A DNA stretch of 64,000 nucleotides from NCBI GenBank assembly GCA_964016885.1, contig OZ024758.1, forward strand, positions 28,582,001-28,646,000, written 5' to 3'. Every line of letters starts with the position of its first letter. The stretch's first letter is position 1. The notes beneath the pieces were generated by a model. The model was not told the origin of the DNA. It did not search any database and worked only from the letters and a program-made list of their open reading frames with translations. A program made the translations under genes and the position numbers. Source of the DNA: Eledone cirrhosa (Eukaryota). Shown piece after piece: positions 45,331 through 57,959 of this stretch.

Positions 45331-46562
45331 TCTAAACCGAACTAAAAACCAAAATGACATACTTCTTGTTCAACAGCCACCATAATGAGAGACACAAAAT
45401 CAATGCTTACAAGACACAATACCCAGAAAGTGAATCCAAATTAATATAAAAGATAGCCATGTAATACAATGTAGATATCCCACTAGCTAGATTCCCGAAC
45501 ATGTATAATCTTAACCTCTTCGGTTCCATAGATGAGATAACTCGTCCTAACATGTTTGAACTCCTTTCCAACAGTTCATAACTTCAAAGTTATGAAATCT
45601 TTTCCAACAGTTCATAACTTCAAAGCTAGATGGGGTTACTAGTTTACTGATGTGACATTTGTCAATCATTCAGATATGTGTTGTTAATAAATGTTTGTTT
45701 TTAAAAAGTAGTCATTTTACTGGAAAAAGAACTCCAGCACAGCAACTGTAGCTGTGTAAAATATACACAGCAGTCAATAGGTTAAAAATGGTTCATCTCA
45801 AGAAATGACATTACATGTGGTACACCCAAATATTTATTCTCTGAATAATTCTAGTCAATTTTACTCTTATTTATCAGCTCTCTCACTAATTTGGTAAATC
45901 TATCCTTCATTACCAAAATATGCCTGAAGTATTTTCCAAACTTGCTGAAACAATTAAAATAATATTAATCATTGACTAATATTTATTTTTCCTCACCACA
46001 TAATGTTTCTAGAAATAATAGAAAATCTAATTAGAAATAATTATGTGGGGAGGCAAAAGACTACATTAACTCAATGACTTATTAGACCACAAAACATACC
46101 AGAAATGTCTGCTATATTTGCCAAATTGATAAAATTTTAAATCATAGAGCAAATATTTTTATCACCATATAATTATTGTTATCACTGGTGGCTCGCCTAA
46201 CCGAGTTTCCTGGTGATGCTCATGAAGGCACTTGGCTGTTCCAATGTATCAGCCTCACTATCACCTGCAGTAACACTGTGAGTAGGCTGACTTGCCTCAA
46301 AAATTATTAGAGAGGTTTTCCAGTGCTCCTCGCAAGATCGTTATCTTTGGTTCTGACAGCGATTCATTCATCCACCCCTTTCGCTTACCTTTTGTTATAT
46401 GTGGTCCTAGATGTGTGTATTACCTGCTTGGGTGTGTGTTTTTTCTTTTTTCTTTATTTGTAATATTATTTATAAGGCAGTATACAACAAATTATATGTA
46501 TTTTTATTTACCAATGTAACAAGCCAAAATATTGTAAATATTGAAAAGTCTAAATAACAAAC

Positions 46563-46656
46563 CTCAAGAGTAAAAGTAAGAACAACATCAAGTTTTGAAA
46601 GGCCAGGCTCATTATCTTCAGATACATCTAACTTGGAAATTGAGGAATGGTGTGTC
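46563..46656 (-). CDS. CADPS: CAPS/UNC-31 internal exon: (R)THHSSISKLDVSEDNEPGLSKLDVVLTFTLE
   Basis: 94 nt with TTATTTCAG acceptor and GTTTGT donor; matches CAPS ..ENQLSKSDVVLSFSLE; phases join both neighbouring exons (AG+G). Confidence 0.93.
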
Positions 46657-48056
46657 CTGAAATAAACAAAAACATTCAGTGTTATTTATCATACAAATTA
46701 TGATAGTAAATTCTCAATTAAATATAAAGCCTCAAGTAGTATTAAGTTTTGCAACATATATAAGACAAAAATTAACTCCTGATATAGTCGTAGGAGTGCC
46801 GTACTGACATACAGCATTTTGGGTCATTTTAAGCTTGGCAGAGCCCATCTCCTCTCCAGGCCTGAGTACAGAAGATTTCTTCCAGACAAAGATAGAAAGT
46901 GAGAGAGGGGAAATGAAAAAGAGATATAGAGGAAGAATCTACCCCAGTACTAGACTGGTACTTTTTTTATCGATCTCAAAAGGATGAAAGGCAAAGTTGA
47001 CCTCAACGGTATTTGAACTCAGGAAGCAGTGAGCCGGAACGAATACCAAAAAATATTCTATCCGACATTCTGATGACTCTGCCAATTCACCGCCTTATTG
47101 CACAGTAGAATGCAATAATAAAAAACTTATATTATTCAAAAGAATTTAGGAAAATAAAAATCATTATTTATTCAAATTTATTCAAATTATTATCTGCTGC
47201 ATAAGGAAGCTTTATTTATATATGATTTAAATGAAGCAAAATAATCCTTAAAACATCCAACGGTTTCAATGGTGGAACTGGAACAATCATATATAATAAG
47301 AATAGCAAAATACATCCTTGCCAAATGAAGCCTATGACAATAAAATGGGGCACCACTAAACATGCTACGGTACACAGACCTATCAACTCTCCCTGTCCAA
47401 CAGGGTGATCTCCACCCACTTTGGGGTGGGTGAGAGATGGCTTCTCCTGTGAAAATGGGTATAACTTTCATTATGTAAAATCTCGCCATTTTGCCTCATT
47501 TCTCCCCGTTTTGGGGGCATCTTTTTCATGGTACTCCCTGTTTGGGTTTTTAGAGGTTGGCACATCTACAGTACAGTATGTTAACCCAGTGCCTGAAACA
47601 AGATCAAAGCTAGCAGTCCAGAGGGCAGACCCAAAACTTCTCCTTATCTGCTAAATATCTTATACTACAATTCAGTTGCTTTAAGTTACTAGAATTCATC
47701 CTGAGCAAATCCACTGCACATGAACTTCATACTACATACAGAACTGCAAAGTCAGTTTTTAAAATAGCTTGTACATTCTGGTTGAGAGACATTCTCCTGT
47801 GTAAGAGCAGTAAACAGTGTTTAGCCTTCACTGCTCTACAACCCACACTATAACTCTAATTAGATAGCCTTTGTAACTAGTATCAAAATACTCAATTAAG
47901 TTGTTTGTTTTTGCTTTTTAAATTCCCCTCTAATCAGTCAATTACATTAACATGCAAACTAAAAGTCTATATTAATCCAGTAAAATGACATGCTAGTAAA
48001 TCAGTAAACGAAGTTTAACTGACATATAATATTGAAATAAAGACACCCAAGCTCAT

Positions 48057-48280
48057 CCCTTTAGCATTTACATTACTCTATATTTACCATTGTATTTTTG
48101 TGGTAAAGGCTTTATCTTACTTAATTATCTCACATAATATCGAATCTACGAGATTTTGATGTTATTTATTTTGAGAACAATACTTTAACATCAGTATGAG
48201 CATCCAGTTACAGCCGGTTTGAACAGAAAGAGGTGAGAGAATTCTGGCCAGATATGGGCAGTTTATATACTAAAGGGTTA
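48057..48280. mobile_element. piggyBac-type MITE
   Basis: Same family TIRs and body. Confidence 0.82.
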
Positions 48281-48984
48281 TAAAATAAAAATAAGTTATT
48301 ATTCTCTCAAAATTCTTTTATATTTCTTCCATTTTTTTTTACTCCATGAAGTCTTTTAGTATTTTCTATCAAAGATATATATTATCTATTTCACACCACA
48401 TGCAAAGGAAACTTTCTTTTTCAGCCGAATTTGGGGTAAATGTTTTCCATTGGGCTGACATTTGAATGGTTCCCTATTCTAGTTAATGTTGTTCATATAT
48501 AGTGGCGAATTGGCAGAGTCATTAAGACATCGGATAGAATGCTTTACAGTATTTGTCCCACCTCATTACATGCTCTGAGTTCAAATCCTGCCGATGTCAA
48601 CTTTGCTTTTCATCCTTTCAAGGTCAATAAAAAAAAGTACCAGTACTGGGGTCAATTCTTCCTCTATAGAAAAAATTGACTGTGTTCAGACCAGGAGAGG
48701 ATTGGGCTCCGCCTAGTTTAAAAGTGCCCTATGATGGTGCCTCTATGACTCTACAAAGAGTTATGGGATCTTTATCCCTTTATCCATATAAGACATGTCA
48801 CAGTTGACTGGGAGAAGGGTTTTTTTCTTTCATTGATAACTTTTTATTTTAAACAAAAATAAATTCCTAATAGAAAACAATATGCTTAATTTGAAATCAG
48901 TTATTTTCTGAGGCATAAAGTGTCTAGTCAATTAGAAAAATTTAAAATTCACTTCTTGTAGAGCTCTAAAGTCTAAAGTCTGTC

Positions 48985-49252
48985 CCGAACCAGAAGGCTC
49001 ATAAGGCCAGTTCTTATCCCGGTTTCATGGCGTGAAGTGACAAAGTACAAGACTCCCTCCTGGACAGGATACCAGTCCATTACAGAGTTAAACTCCCAGC
49101 TATTGCTGGTACTCGTTTTCAGCTGAGTATACTAGAAAAACATGAAATGAGGTGTTTTTCTCAAGAACACAAGACACAACCCAGCCCAGGAATTGAACCC
49201 ATGACATTATGATCAGAGGTCCAACACCCTTATCACTTGGCCATGTGCCTCC
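48985..49252 (-). mobile_element. tRNA/CORE-type SINE family B (second copy at 56271-56515, + strand)
   Basis: GGAGGCACATGG head, CORE-like TTCTTGAG..AAACAC..CAGCTGAAAA and a distinct 3' part. Confidence 0.8.
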
Positions 49253-49540
49253 ATCACTGTAGAGGTAGTATTGTCAAAAAGATAACGGAGATTGTTGTTT
49301 TTGTTGTTGGACCTCCATTGGTTCTAATGGGTGTTTCAATTGTTCAAACAATGAAACAGCCTGCTCATGAAATTAATGTGCAAGTGACTGAATATTTCCA
49401 AAGAAACATATATGCTTAACGTATTTCTCAGGGAGATTCAGCATGACACACTATATGACAAGGCAGAACATTTGAATTACATATACATCTCATTTTTTTT
49501 CTAGTTACTGGAGAACACAAACTTGTAACCTGAACAGCCC

Positions 49541-49764
49541 TTAACCCTTTAGCATTTAAACTGGCTATACCCGGCCAGAATTCAATCACCTCTTTCTGTT
49601 CAAACTGGCTGTAACCAGCCGCTCATACTGATATCAAGGTATTGTTCTCAAAATAAATAATATCAAAATCTCGTAGATTCAATATTATGTGAGATAATTA
49701 TGTTCAGGTAAAGCCTTAACCATGAAAATAAATAGTAAATATAGAGTAAATGGTAAAGGGTTAA
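49541..49764. mobile_element. piggyBac-type MITE
   Basis: TTAA target duplication and family TIRs. Confidence 0.87.
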
Positions 49765-50677
49765 ACTGTGTCATGTGCCTTCATGGAGGTACATGAGTAG
49801 GTGTAACTTTAGGACAAATTCTTTCTGAGAATGTGATTAATCGATCAATCCCATATTCGATTGGTATTTTGTCTTTGTCTGGCATTAATAGAGATTCTAC
49901 TATTCTGAGAATAAGCCATACAGTTTGGATCATGGGTAATAATTGTTTCTACTTTAGGCACAAAGCCAGCAATTACCCCCAGTGCATTACTGGTGCTTTA
50001 TTTTATCAACCCCTTAAGGATGATAGGCAAAGCTAACCTTAGCGGGATTTGAACTCAGACCATAAAGGGTCATAACTCTTTGCTGCAAAGCATGGTCTTT
50101 GATGCTCTACTGATACTGCCAGTAATATTAAAAGATATTAACAAAATGATGCTACAGCAATTGAGTCTAGAAAAATAGGGAATAAAATGCTATTCTGAGT
50201 ATTCAAAGCAATTAACTGTTTAACAGCACTTATAATTGCCTGTATACACTTCAATTACAAATTATTTGCTGGACTGGCAACTGGGGTAGTTAGATAGAGA
50301 TAGATACAAAAACAAAACAAGCTGTTTCCAACACAACATTTAAGAGGGAGATAAGACTTAGATTGAAGAGATAAGGAAAGAAAAAGAGAAAGCTCTACAT
50401 AGAGAGAGAATGAAAAAATAAAGAACAGTTACACCACAGTAGTGTTTGTGAGAGAGGAAGAGAGACATAGTAAGAGGAATGCTCATAACAGCTGCAAACT
50501 GCATGCAAGGAAGTTATCATTCAGCTTCAGAAGAACCTCTGAAAGAAAGCTTGTTTAGACATTTGATGTCACAAAATATAACAAATATGAAGTTATGGCT
50601 AGATTTACACCTAATAACTAATTATAATTGATTTTATTCTTTCAAGTATTTATGATTATTTTGTTACTTTCCATGAT

Positions 50678-50990
50678 ATGAGTAAGGCATAGTGGTTAGA
50701 GAGTTGAATTTGCATTATGAGTAAGGCATAGTGGTTAGAGAGTTGAATTTGCATTCGTGAGGTTGCAAGTTCAATTCTCGAACCGGGCGATGCATTGTGT
50801 CTAAGAAAGACACTTTATTTCATGATGCTTCTTCTTTCTGGCGTTGCAACCGGTAGATATATCAGCAATGGAAAGACCAACAGAAACATTGTTTCCTTGG
50901 TCCGATTTGACAAGCTCCACCCAACTCGGCAAGTGAATGAGGTATGGGATCTTCGAGATCGATCAGAACAAGATATCAATGCCAAAATAT
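50678..50990 (+). mobile_element. tRNA-derived SINE with a tandemly duplicated 39-bp head
   Basis: ATGAGTAAGGCATAGTGGTTAGAGAGTTGAATTTGCATT occurs twice, followed by a B box and AAGACACTTTATTTCA. Confidence 0.65.
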
Positions 50991-51521
50991 TAACACACAT
51001 TATTGATGATTTATATAAATTGAAAATGGTGCAATAAATAACTTTCATGTTTTTCTTCTAACTGTTTAACAGTACTTATGAATGAATATGATGGGAGAAA
51101 CTGATAGTATTGAAAGGAGGGAGTAGTAGGGGATAAACGGTGATATCTGGGGGTCGTTAGTAAAGAGATTGACTAGAATAATGGCATGATTAATATGAAA
51201 GGGTAGCAATGATAGGGATAATAGAAGGTAATGATTGATAACAATGGAGATCACTATGATAGGTTAGAGTAGTAGAGGTTAACAAAGAGTCAGTTGCAGG
51301 AGGAAGAATGATAGTGGTAATGAGAGGTAGTGGAAATGGACAAATCAGATGTCATCTATCATTACACAGTGCCATGATGTGAAGGGAGGAGGATACATGC
51401 ACATATTAGATATACATACACATACACAAACACACACACACACATATATATAGAGAGAGAGAAAGAAAGATAAAGGCTGAATCATAAATGTCTAACAGTC
51501 CCTATGTTCATGTATACATAT

Positions 51522-51897
51522 ATCATCATCATCATTTTTACGTCCCCTTTTCCCTGCTTGCAAGGGTGGGACGGGAACTGATTCTGGCTTGATTTCTACA
51601 GCTGGATGCCCTTCCTAACACCAACCTCATTTACAGTGAGTACTGGGTACTTTCTTTTCTGTGGTGCCTACATGTCCACTTTACAGTGTGGGCTGGGTGC
51701 TTTTTTGCCGTGGCACCTCCATGTCTACTTTGCAGTGGAATGATATGGACCCCAGTCCTTATCTCATTTCTACAGCTGAATAAACTGGAGCAATGTGAAA
51801 TAAAGTGTCTTGCTCAAGGAAACAATACATCACCCGGTCTGAGAATTGAACTCACAACCTTTCGATTGCAAGCCCAATGCTCTAACCACTAAGCCAT
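51522..51897 (-). mobile_element. SINE family A (two internal ~49-bp units)
   Basis: Matches 35321-35652 with one extra internal unit. Confidence 0.9.
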
Positions 51898-52727
51898 ATA
51901 CATTAACATAGAAACATCCTTTTTAATGGTGTTTGAGTGATATGAATATATTCTAAGTTTCTAGTATATTAGGGGAGGTAATAATTTTAGTTTTGGAAAA
52001 ATAGAAATATTACAACACAAATTTGTTTTTGTAAGAGCAATAATAATTTCAATCACACCTTATGGCCTCAAATCATAGCAATTGAATGCTGAATGTGTGA
52101 AGAATTACATAGTTTTTGAAATGAAATGCTGTACACAGATGCTTCACATGGAGTCGTAGTAGTGCCGTACTGACATACAGCGTTTAATGGACATTTTAAG
52201 CCTGACAGAACCTATCCCTCTCCAGGCCTGACTACAGCAGATAGAAAGTGAGAGAGAGGAAACGAGAAAGAGATATAGAGGAAGAATCAACCCCAGTACT
52301 AGACTGCTACTTTTTTTATCAACCTCGAAAGGATGAAAGGCAAAGATGACCTCAGCGGGATTTGAACTCAGAGAGCAGAGAGACAGAACAAATACCATAA
52401 AGTATTCTATCGGATATTCTAATGACTGCCAATTCTTCACCTATCACATTCATAATACAGAACATCAAACTAACGAGATTGTTGTAAAGATGAAACAGCA
52501 TTTTCAGTCATCAAAGAATAAAAAATTATATGCATTAGTCATATAACATGACTGCATGACATTGTAACACTAGCAAATATGGTAATACACAGATAAATCC
52601 CTGATAAAAGAAGGATAAAAAGACCATGGATAAAGGTGGTTGACCAATATCAAACAATGAACAGGGAGGAAACTATGACTGAGAAAGATGGAGAAATTTT
52701 ATGGCATCTTTTGCTATGCACCTACAG

Positions 52728-53037
52728 CAGAGGTTCTCAAACCAGGGGGCGTTGAGAAGGTCCAGGGGCGCTGGGGGGAGCGGTAGAGATAATATAATAG
52801 TATATTAAATATCAAATGATATATATTATATATATAGTAAAATAAAAAATATATAATATTTATTTGTACATAGTATATATTATATTATTTATTATATATA
52901 AATTGACAATTTTATTTATTATATATTATTTACAATTGTGTGTAGACAGGTCTCTCTGCAAATAGGGGTGGGGGCACTGAGTGTATTACGTGGCCGTAAG
53001 GGGTGGGGCAGTGGCCCAAAAAGTTTAAGAACTTCTG
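52728..53037. mobile_element. hAT-type MITE with 8-bp TSD ACCTACAG
   Basis: TIRs CAGAGGTTCTCAAAC / GTTTAAGAACTTCTG; ACCTACAG at 52720-52727 and 53038-53045. Confidence 0.85.
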
Positions 53038-53094
53038 ACCTACAGCCACTCTAGGCTATGGGGTTTTTTTTATTGTGTGATTGATATCCAGCAA

Positions 53095-53433
53095 AGGTTT
53101 ATAAGCTACAAGGCGATATCATTTTGGCTTACAATCTCTTCAATGGCCATTACGATCTCCCTCAAGATCTCCTATTCACTTCGGCACTTGAAAGGGGTCT
53201 ACATAGACGTGACAAAAAGCTGTTTCACCGCTGCTTTCACCTAAATAGACGGAAAGCTGCTTTCTCGATCCACATCTCTGGACCCTGGAATCGCCAACCA
53301 CGCAACAATTCAAGGCGAAATTGGACCGGTGTTGGACCACTGTGTTTCCGACTGTGTAAATGTTGCCCTTACATGGCATCTGAAGCATCTATGTTTTATT
53401 TTCTGCCAAATATATTGAATTGAATTGAATTGA
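53095..53433 (+). mobile_element. CR1-like LINE 3' end with (TTGAA)n tail
   Basis: LQGDIILAYNLF..KKLFHRCFHLNRRKAAFS..WN C-terminal motif. Confidence 0.65.
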
Positions 53434-53790
53434 GCTGGTTATATATTTTCTATAGCATATTTGATACCTTCCTCAAATTAGAAGTGATCCATTTTTTATA
53501 GATTATCTGTATTTAATTTATGCTGTCAAACCTAAAAAAAAAACTAAATGAAGAAATATTTTCCTGGAAAAAATAATAAGCAACATTTATTATATTATAA
53601 ATATATGTATATCACTAATTGTATTTCATTAATTAACATTGTACATCAAATGCAGCGAGATAGTAATTAAGTTATGTTCAGAGTATAAAATATAAAAAGA
53701 GACAGTTAAATGAAATAAAATATTAACTGAAGACTTCAGAAGAATCTACTGATGTACCTATTGTATCTATGATCAATATACTGATATATA

Positions 53791-53997
53791 CGAGGGGATG
53801 CTGAAAAGTTCCTGGCTTGATTGCTGCTACAGAGGCCTGGTTGGAGGCCCAACCTTCTTTTTACAGGGCTTAGAAAAACCTGAAGGACTGCTGCAATAAG
53901 TGTGTGAATCTGAGAGGGTAATATGTTGAATAAAATCATAACTGATCCTCCTGTATTTTCTTTTACCCAAAGCAAGGAACATTTCAGCACCCCCTCG
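53791..53997. mobile_element. Mariner-type MITE with TA target duplication
   Basis: TA-CGAGGGGATGCTGAAAAGTTCCT ... AGGAACATTTCAGCACCCCCTCG-TA. Confidence 0.85.
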
Positions 53998-54205
53998 TAT
54001 TGTGAATAAATAATTGTTTCTACTTTTGGCACAAGGCCAGCAATTACCCAGTACATTACTGGTACTTTATTTCATCGACCCCGTGAGGATGAAAGGCAAA
54101 GTTAACCTCGGCGGGATTTGAACTCAGAATGGCAAGGGCTGTAACTCTATATGTCAAAGCATGGCGTCCGACCCTATACCGATACTGCCAATCCACCAAA
54201 TAATA

Positions 54206-54420
54206 TTATCCCTTTAGCATTTAAACCTGCCATATCCAGCCAGAATTCTCTACCTCTTTCTGCTTAAACTGGCCGTAACTGGCCACTCTTACTGATGTTA
54301 AGGTATTGTTCTCAAAATAAATAATATCAAAATCTCATAGATTTGATATTATGTGAGGTAAAGCATTTCCCATGAAAATGTAATAGTAAATATAGAGTAA
54401 TGTAAATGCTAAAGGGTTAA
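54206..54420. mobile_element. piggyBac-type MITE
   Basis: Family TIRs; TTAA on the right side. Confidence 0.83.
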
Positions 54421-54679
54421 GATGGTTACAGCAGTGATAAGTTAATATAATTGTTTCTACTTTGGGCACAAGGCCAGCAATTACCCAGTGCATTACTGGT
54501 ACTTTATTTTATTGACCCCCATAAGGATGAAAGGCAAAGTTAACCTCAGCAGGATTTGAACTAAGACCGTAAAGGGACGTAACTATGGCGTCTGGCCCTC
54601 TACCGATATTGCCAATCCACTGCCCTAGTGATAAGTTAATATAATGGAATGATAAAAATAACTCAAAATGTAGTCTTAC

Positions 54680-54843
54680 CTATTATATTTTTGAAATTTC
54701 TTAAGTGAATATTTCGTTTCATTACTGCCTTTAGATACTGGTAAGCTCTCCAAGTTTGCCATTAGCAGATTAATGGCAGATTTTAATTCATCTATATACA
54801 TGCTTTCCATTTCTTTAACAACAAATTTTGGATGTTTTCTTGT
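54680..54843 (-). CDS. CADPS: CAPS/UNC-31 internal exon: [54 protein letters not shown](R)
   Basis: 164 nt with ATTTCAG acceptor and GTAAGA donor; matches [39 protein letters not shown]. Confidence 0.96.
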
Positions 54844-55084
54844 CTGAAATGATACAAGGATTAATACACGATTAAATATACAATCCATTTTCATCATATT
54901 CTATTTTTAAAATATATCTGGAAATTTTCAGTGAATTTTCTTAATTTAAAATAACTTTCAACAATAAAACAGTCCATAAGAAAGAAATACTGAAAATTAT
55001 GTAAATTCCTTATTTTCCATTATAAGGGACTTTTTTTCCTCAAAAACATTATTTTATTAATAGTTTATTTAGGCCTTCTTGCAG

Positions 55085-55279
55085 TTAACCCTTTAGTGTT
55101 CAAACTGGCCAAAATTCTCTGTTGAAACTGGCTGTAACTGGTCACTCAAACTGATGTTAAGGTATTGTTCTCAAAATAAATACTTTCAAAATTTCATAAA
55201 TTTGATATTATGTGAGATAAAGCCTTTACCATGAAAATATAATAGTAAATATAGAGTAATGTGAATGCTAAAGGGTTAA
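55085..55279. mobile_element. piggyBac-type MITE
   Basis: TTAA on both sides; family body. Confidence 0.83.
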
Positions 55280-55689
55280 AGATAAATAAACAGTAAGAAT
55301 TAAGAAGAGTTACTGCAAGGAATGTGAAATAAATGAATTCTGTGAGAATCCACTGCTAATAATATTAAATCTGCATATTATTATTATTATTGATGGTGTA
55401 ATTTGTTATTGATGTTCTTCTTCTTCGCCAACTAATTCCTGAGAGGGTCATGGGAACAAAGTCCTCAAACATTTCCTCCAGTGGGTCCTGTCAGAAGCAA
55501 CCATTTCCAACTGATCCAGCTGCATCCCCGAGCATGACCAGCCAAGCTATGGATGTCATCCAACCATCTTACTCTGGATCTACCCCCTGGGTCTCCTGCC
55601 AGTTAGTTTGGCCCATAAAATCTGTCCAGTGATTCAGAGTCATAATAATAATTTCATTAACGTTAGCTACCATATTAGCTACATTTATT

Positions 55690-57110
55690 GTTTTTCTACA
55701 GTATTCCATGAGCACGTTTGCTCCAGTAATTGATGATGGAAAGTTGACAGCGGTGCTCCAAGTTGCTGTTTACAGCATCAAACAAGATTTTGTGCTGACA
55801 CCCATGTTCTTCAGCATAATGTTTTCAGCCATCTTGACGGAGGTGTTCCAAGGCAGATGGCTTCTTAAGCCTAAGAAGGCCTACAACAAGAAGAATGATC
55901 CCATCCTATGTAAATTCGTGTTTGACTACATTACATGAAAAGGTTCTCCTATTCATGTAATAACTTTGTCCTCATCACTGGATTAGCCATCTACTCCCAA
56001 AAAGTATGTGAAGACTGCAATCACAGTCAAGGATCAGGTTCTACAGGACATTGCTAAATTCATTTAATTTAGCAACATACTTTCAAGAATTATCTACATT
56101 AACAATGAAGTCAACAGCAGAATTTTCAAAGCCAGTATCACTTTCAGTAGACTTTAGGAAAATATCAGCTTCCAACCTAAGTTGAAGGCCTACAGAATTG
56201 TTATTTCAACAAATTTGGCAGTTGTTAATCCAACTTTTGTTGAATAATAGCGCATTGTTAACTATTTGGTGGAGGCACATGGTCTAGTAGTAAGGGTGTT
56301 GGACTTACGATCATAATGTCCTGGGCTTGGTTGTGTGTTGTATTCTTGAGCAAAACACTTCATTTCACATTGCTCCAGTATACTCAGCTGAAAATGAGTA
56401 CCAGCAATAGCTGGGGGTTTAACCCTGCAATGGACTGGTGTCCTGTCCAGGGAGAGCCTTGTACTCTCAGTCGGTTCACGCCATGAAACCAGGATAAGCA
56501 CCAGCCTAACTAGCCTTAAATAGTTTTAGACAGAACGTCGACTATTTACAGCAAACACCAAAAAGCTTAATAAATTCAACCTGAATTGCTTGCATAAAAT
56601 GCATTTTAATCATTGGCAACACAAAGTCCCAGATACTGAAGTCGCTAATTGTGCAGTGTTACTTAGAATCCATATTCTCCACAACAAAGCCCTAATGTTC
56701 CAGTTTAATCACATTGCTGAGATAAATAGCATATGCCTTCTGAAACATCTTTTCTACAATGAATTGGTGGGAATGGAGGTGACATTTAGTTGGATGATAG
56801 CACAAACACTACAAAGACACTATTAAGGTTTCCCTTAAAGAATTCAGCATCAATCGAGTAACATAGGAAAGCTTTGTTGCTGAGAGAATGGTACCATAAC
56901 ACTGTAGCAAACAAGGATCAGGCAAGCTGAACAGAGGAAACTATAAATGATCAGAGCCACTACTGTGTTATAACAGTCTTGAATATATCTGTGCAACAAC
57001 CAGCAGAATGTTTTGTGCCCATATTAGACTTATCAACCAATCCCAGACACTGTCTAAATTGTCAAACCTATGAATGATGTCATGATCATCATTTTTATGG
57101 ATGGAATAAC
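55690..57110 (+). mobile_element. Old RTE (BovB-like) LINE remnant interrupted by a family B SINE
   Basis: SIKQDFVLTPMFFSIMFSAIL, NEVNSRIFKAS and WQHKVPDTEV..LFYNEL resemble GVKQGCVLAPTLF, EVNxRIxKAS and WQDKVPDTEV. Confidence 0.65.
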
Positions 57111-57602
57111 AAGATAGCAGCAGTTAAATTTTTCATATGAGGCTTGGCACAGAAAGTAGACTAAATACTTCCAATCTAAAATTCCTGAGTAAATTATAGT
57201 GCTGTCTTATTTTTTTTTTTGTTTTTTGTTTTTTTTTTGTTTTTTTTTGTTTTTGTTGTTTTTTTTGTGTGTCGCTCGTTTGTCTTTTGAATATTATGTT
57301 TAATTATATTATGATAGAAAACATACCATAAGCCATAACAGATCATAAAGTCACTATTAAAGGTTATGTTCCTAAGTAGTGTGTGCCAAGAGCAAGTCCT
57401 CCAATGGGCACCTAGATTTCTCCAAACTACTGACAATAGGAAATCAGAGGTATAAAGAGGTGAAGTGGAATGGTTTAACCAGGAATCAGACATCTATTGC
57501 AGATTTGGTTCATTGAAAGCTTACCACTACTGTATTTTTGTTCTTTAATAATATAATCAAAGAAAGAGTAGTGCCTATGACCTTTGTATATTCTTCCAGA
57601 CT

Positions 57603-57948
57603 GGCACATGGCTTAGTGGTTAGAGCATTGGCCTTGCAATCGAAAGGTTGTGAGTTCAATTCTCAGACCGGGTGATGTGTTGTTTCCTTGAGCAAGACAC
57701 TTTATTTCACATTGCTCCAGTTTACTCAGCTGTAGAAATGAGATGATAGGACTGGGGTCCCTATCATTCCACTACAAAGTGGTCGTGGAGGTGCCACGGA
57801 AAAAAAAAATCACCCAGCACTCACTGTAAATGAGGTTGGTGTTAGGAAGGGCATCCAGCTGTAGAAATCAAGCCAGAATCAGTTCCCGTCTCACCCTTGC
57901 AAGCAGGGAAAAGTGGATGTAAAATGAAATGATGAAATGCTGATGATG
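57603..57948 (+). mobile_element. SINE family A
   Basis: Near-identical to 28130-28463. Confidence 0.92.
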
Positions 57949-57959
57949 GAAAGATTTAT

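Noticed and set aside
47190-47654. GC-richer patch with short ORFs and acceptor-like AGs, as an alternative CAPS exon
   Set aside because: In the phase required by the upstream exon, both candidate acceptors hit a stop within a few codons; there is no CAPS similarity, and the flanking exons already join in frame.
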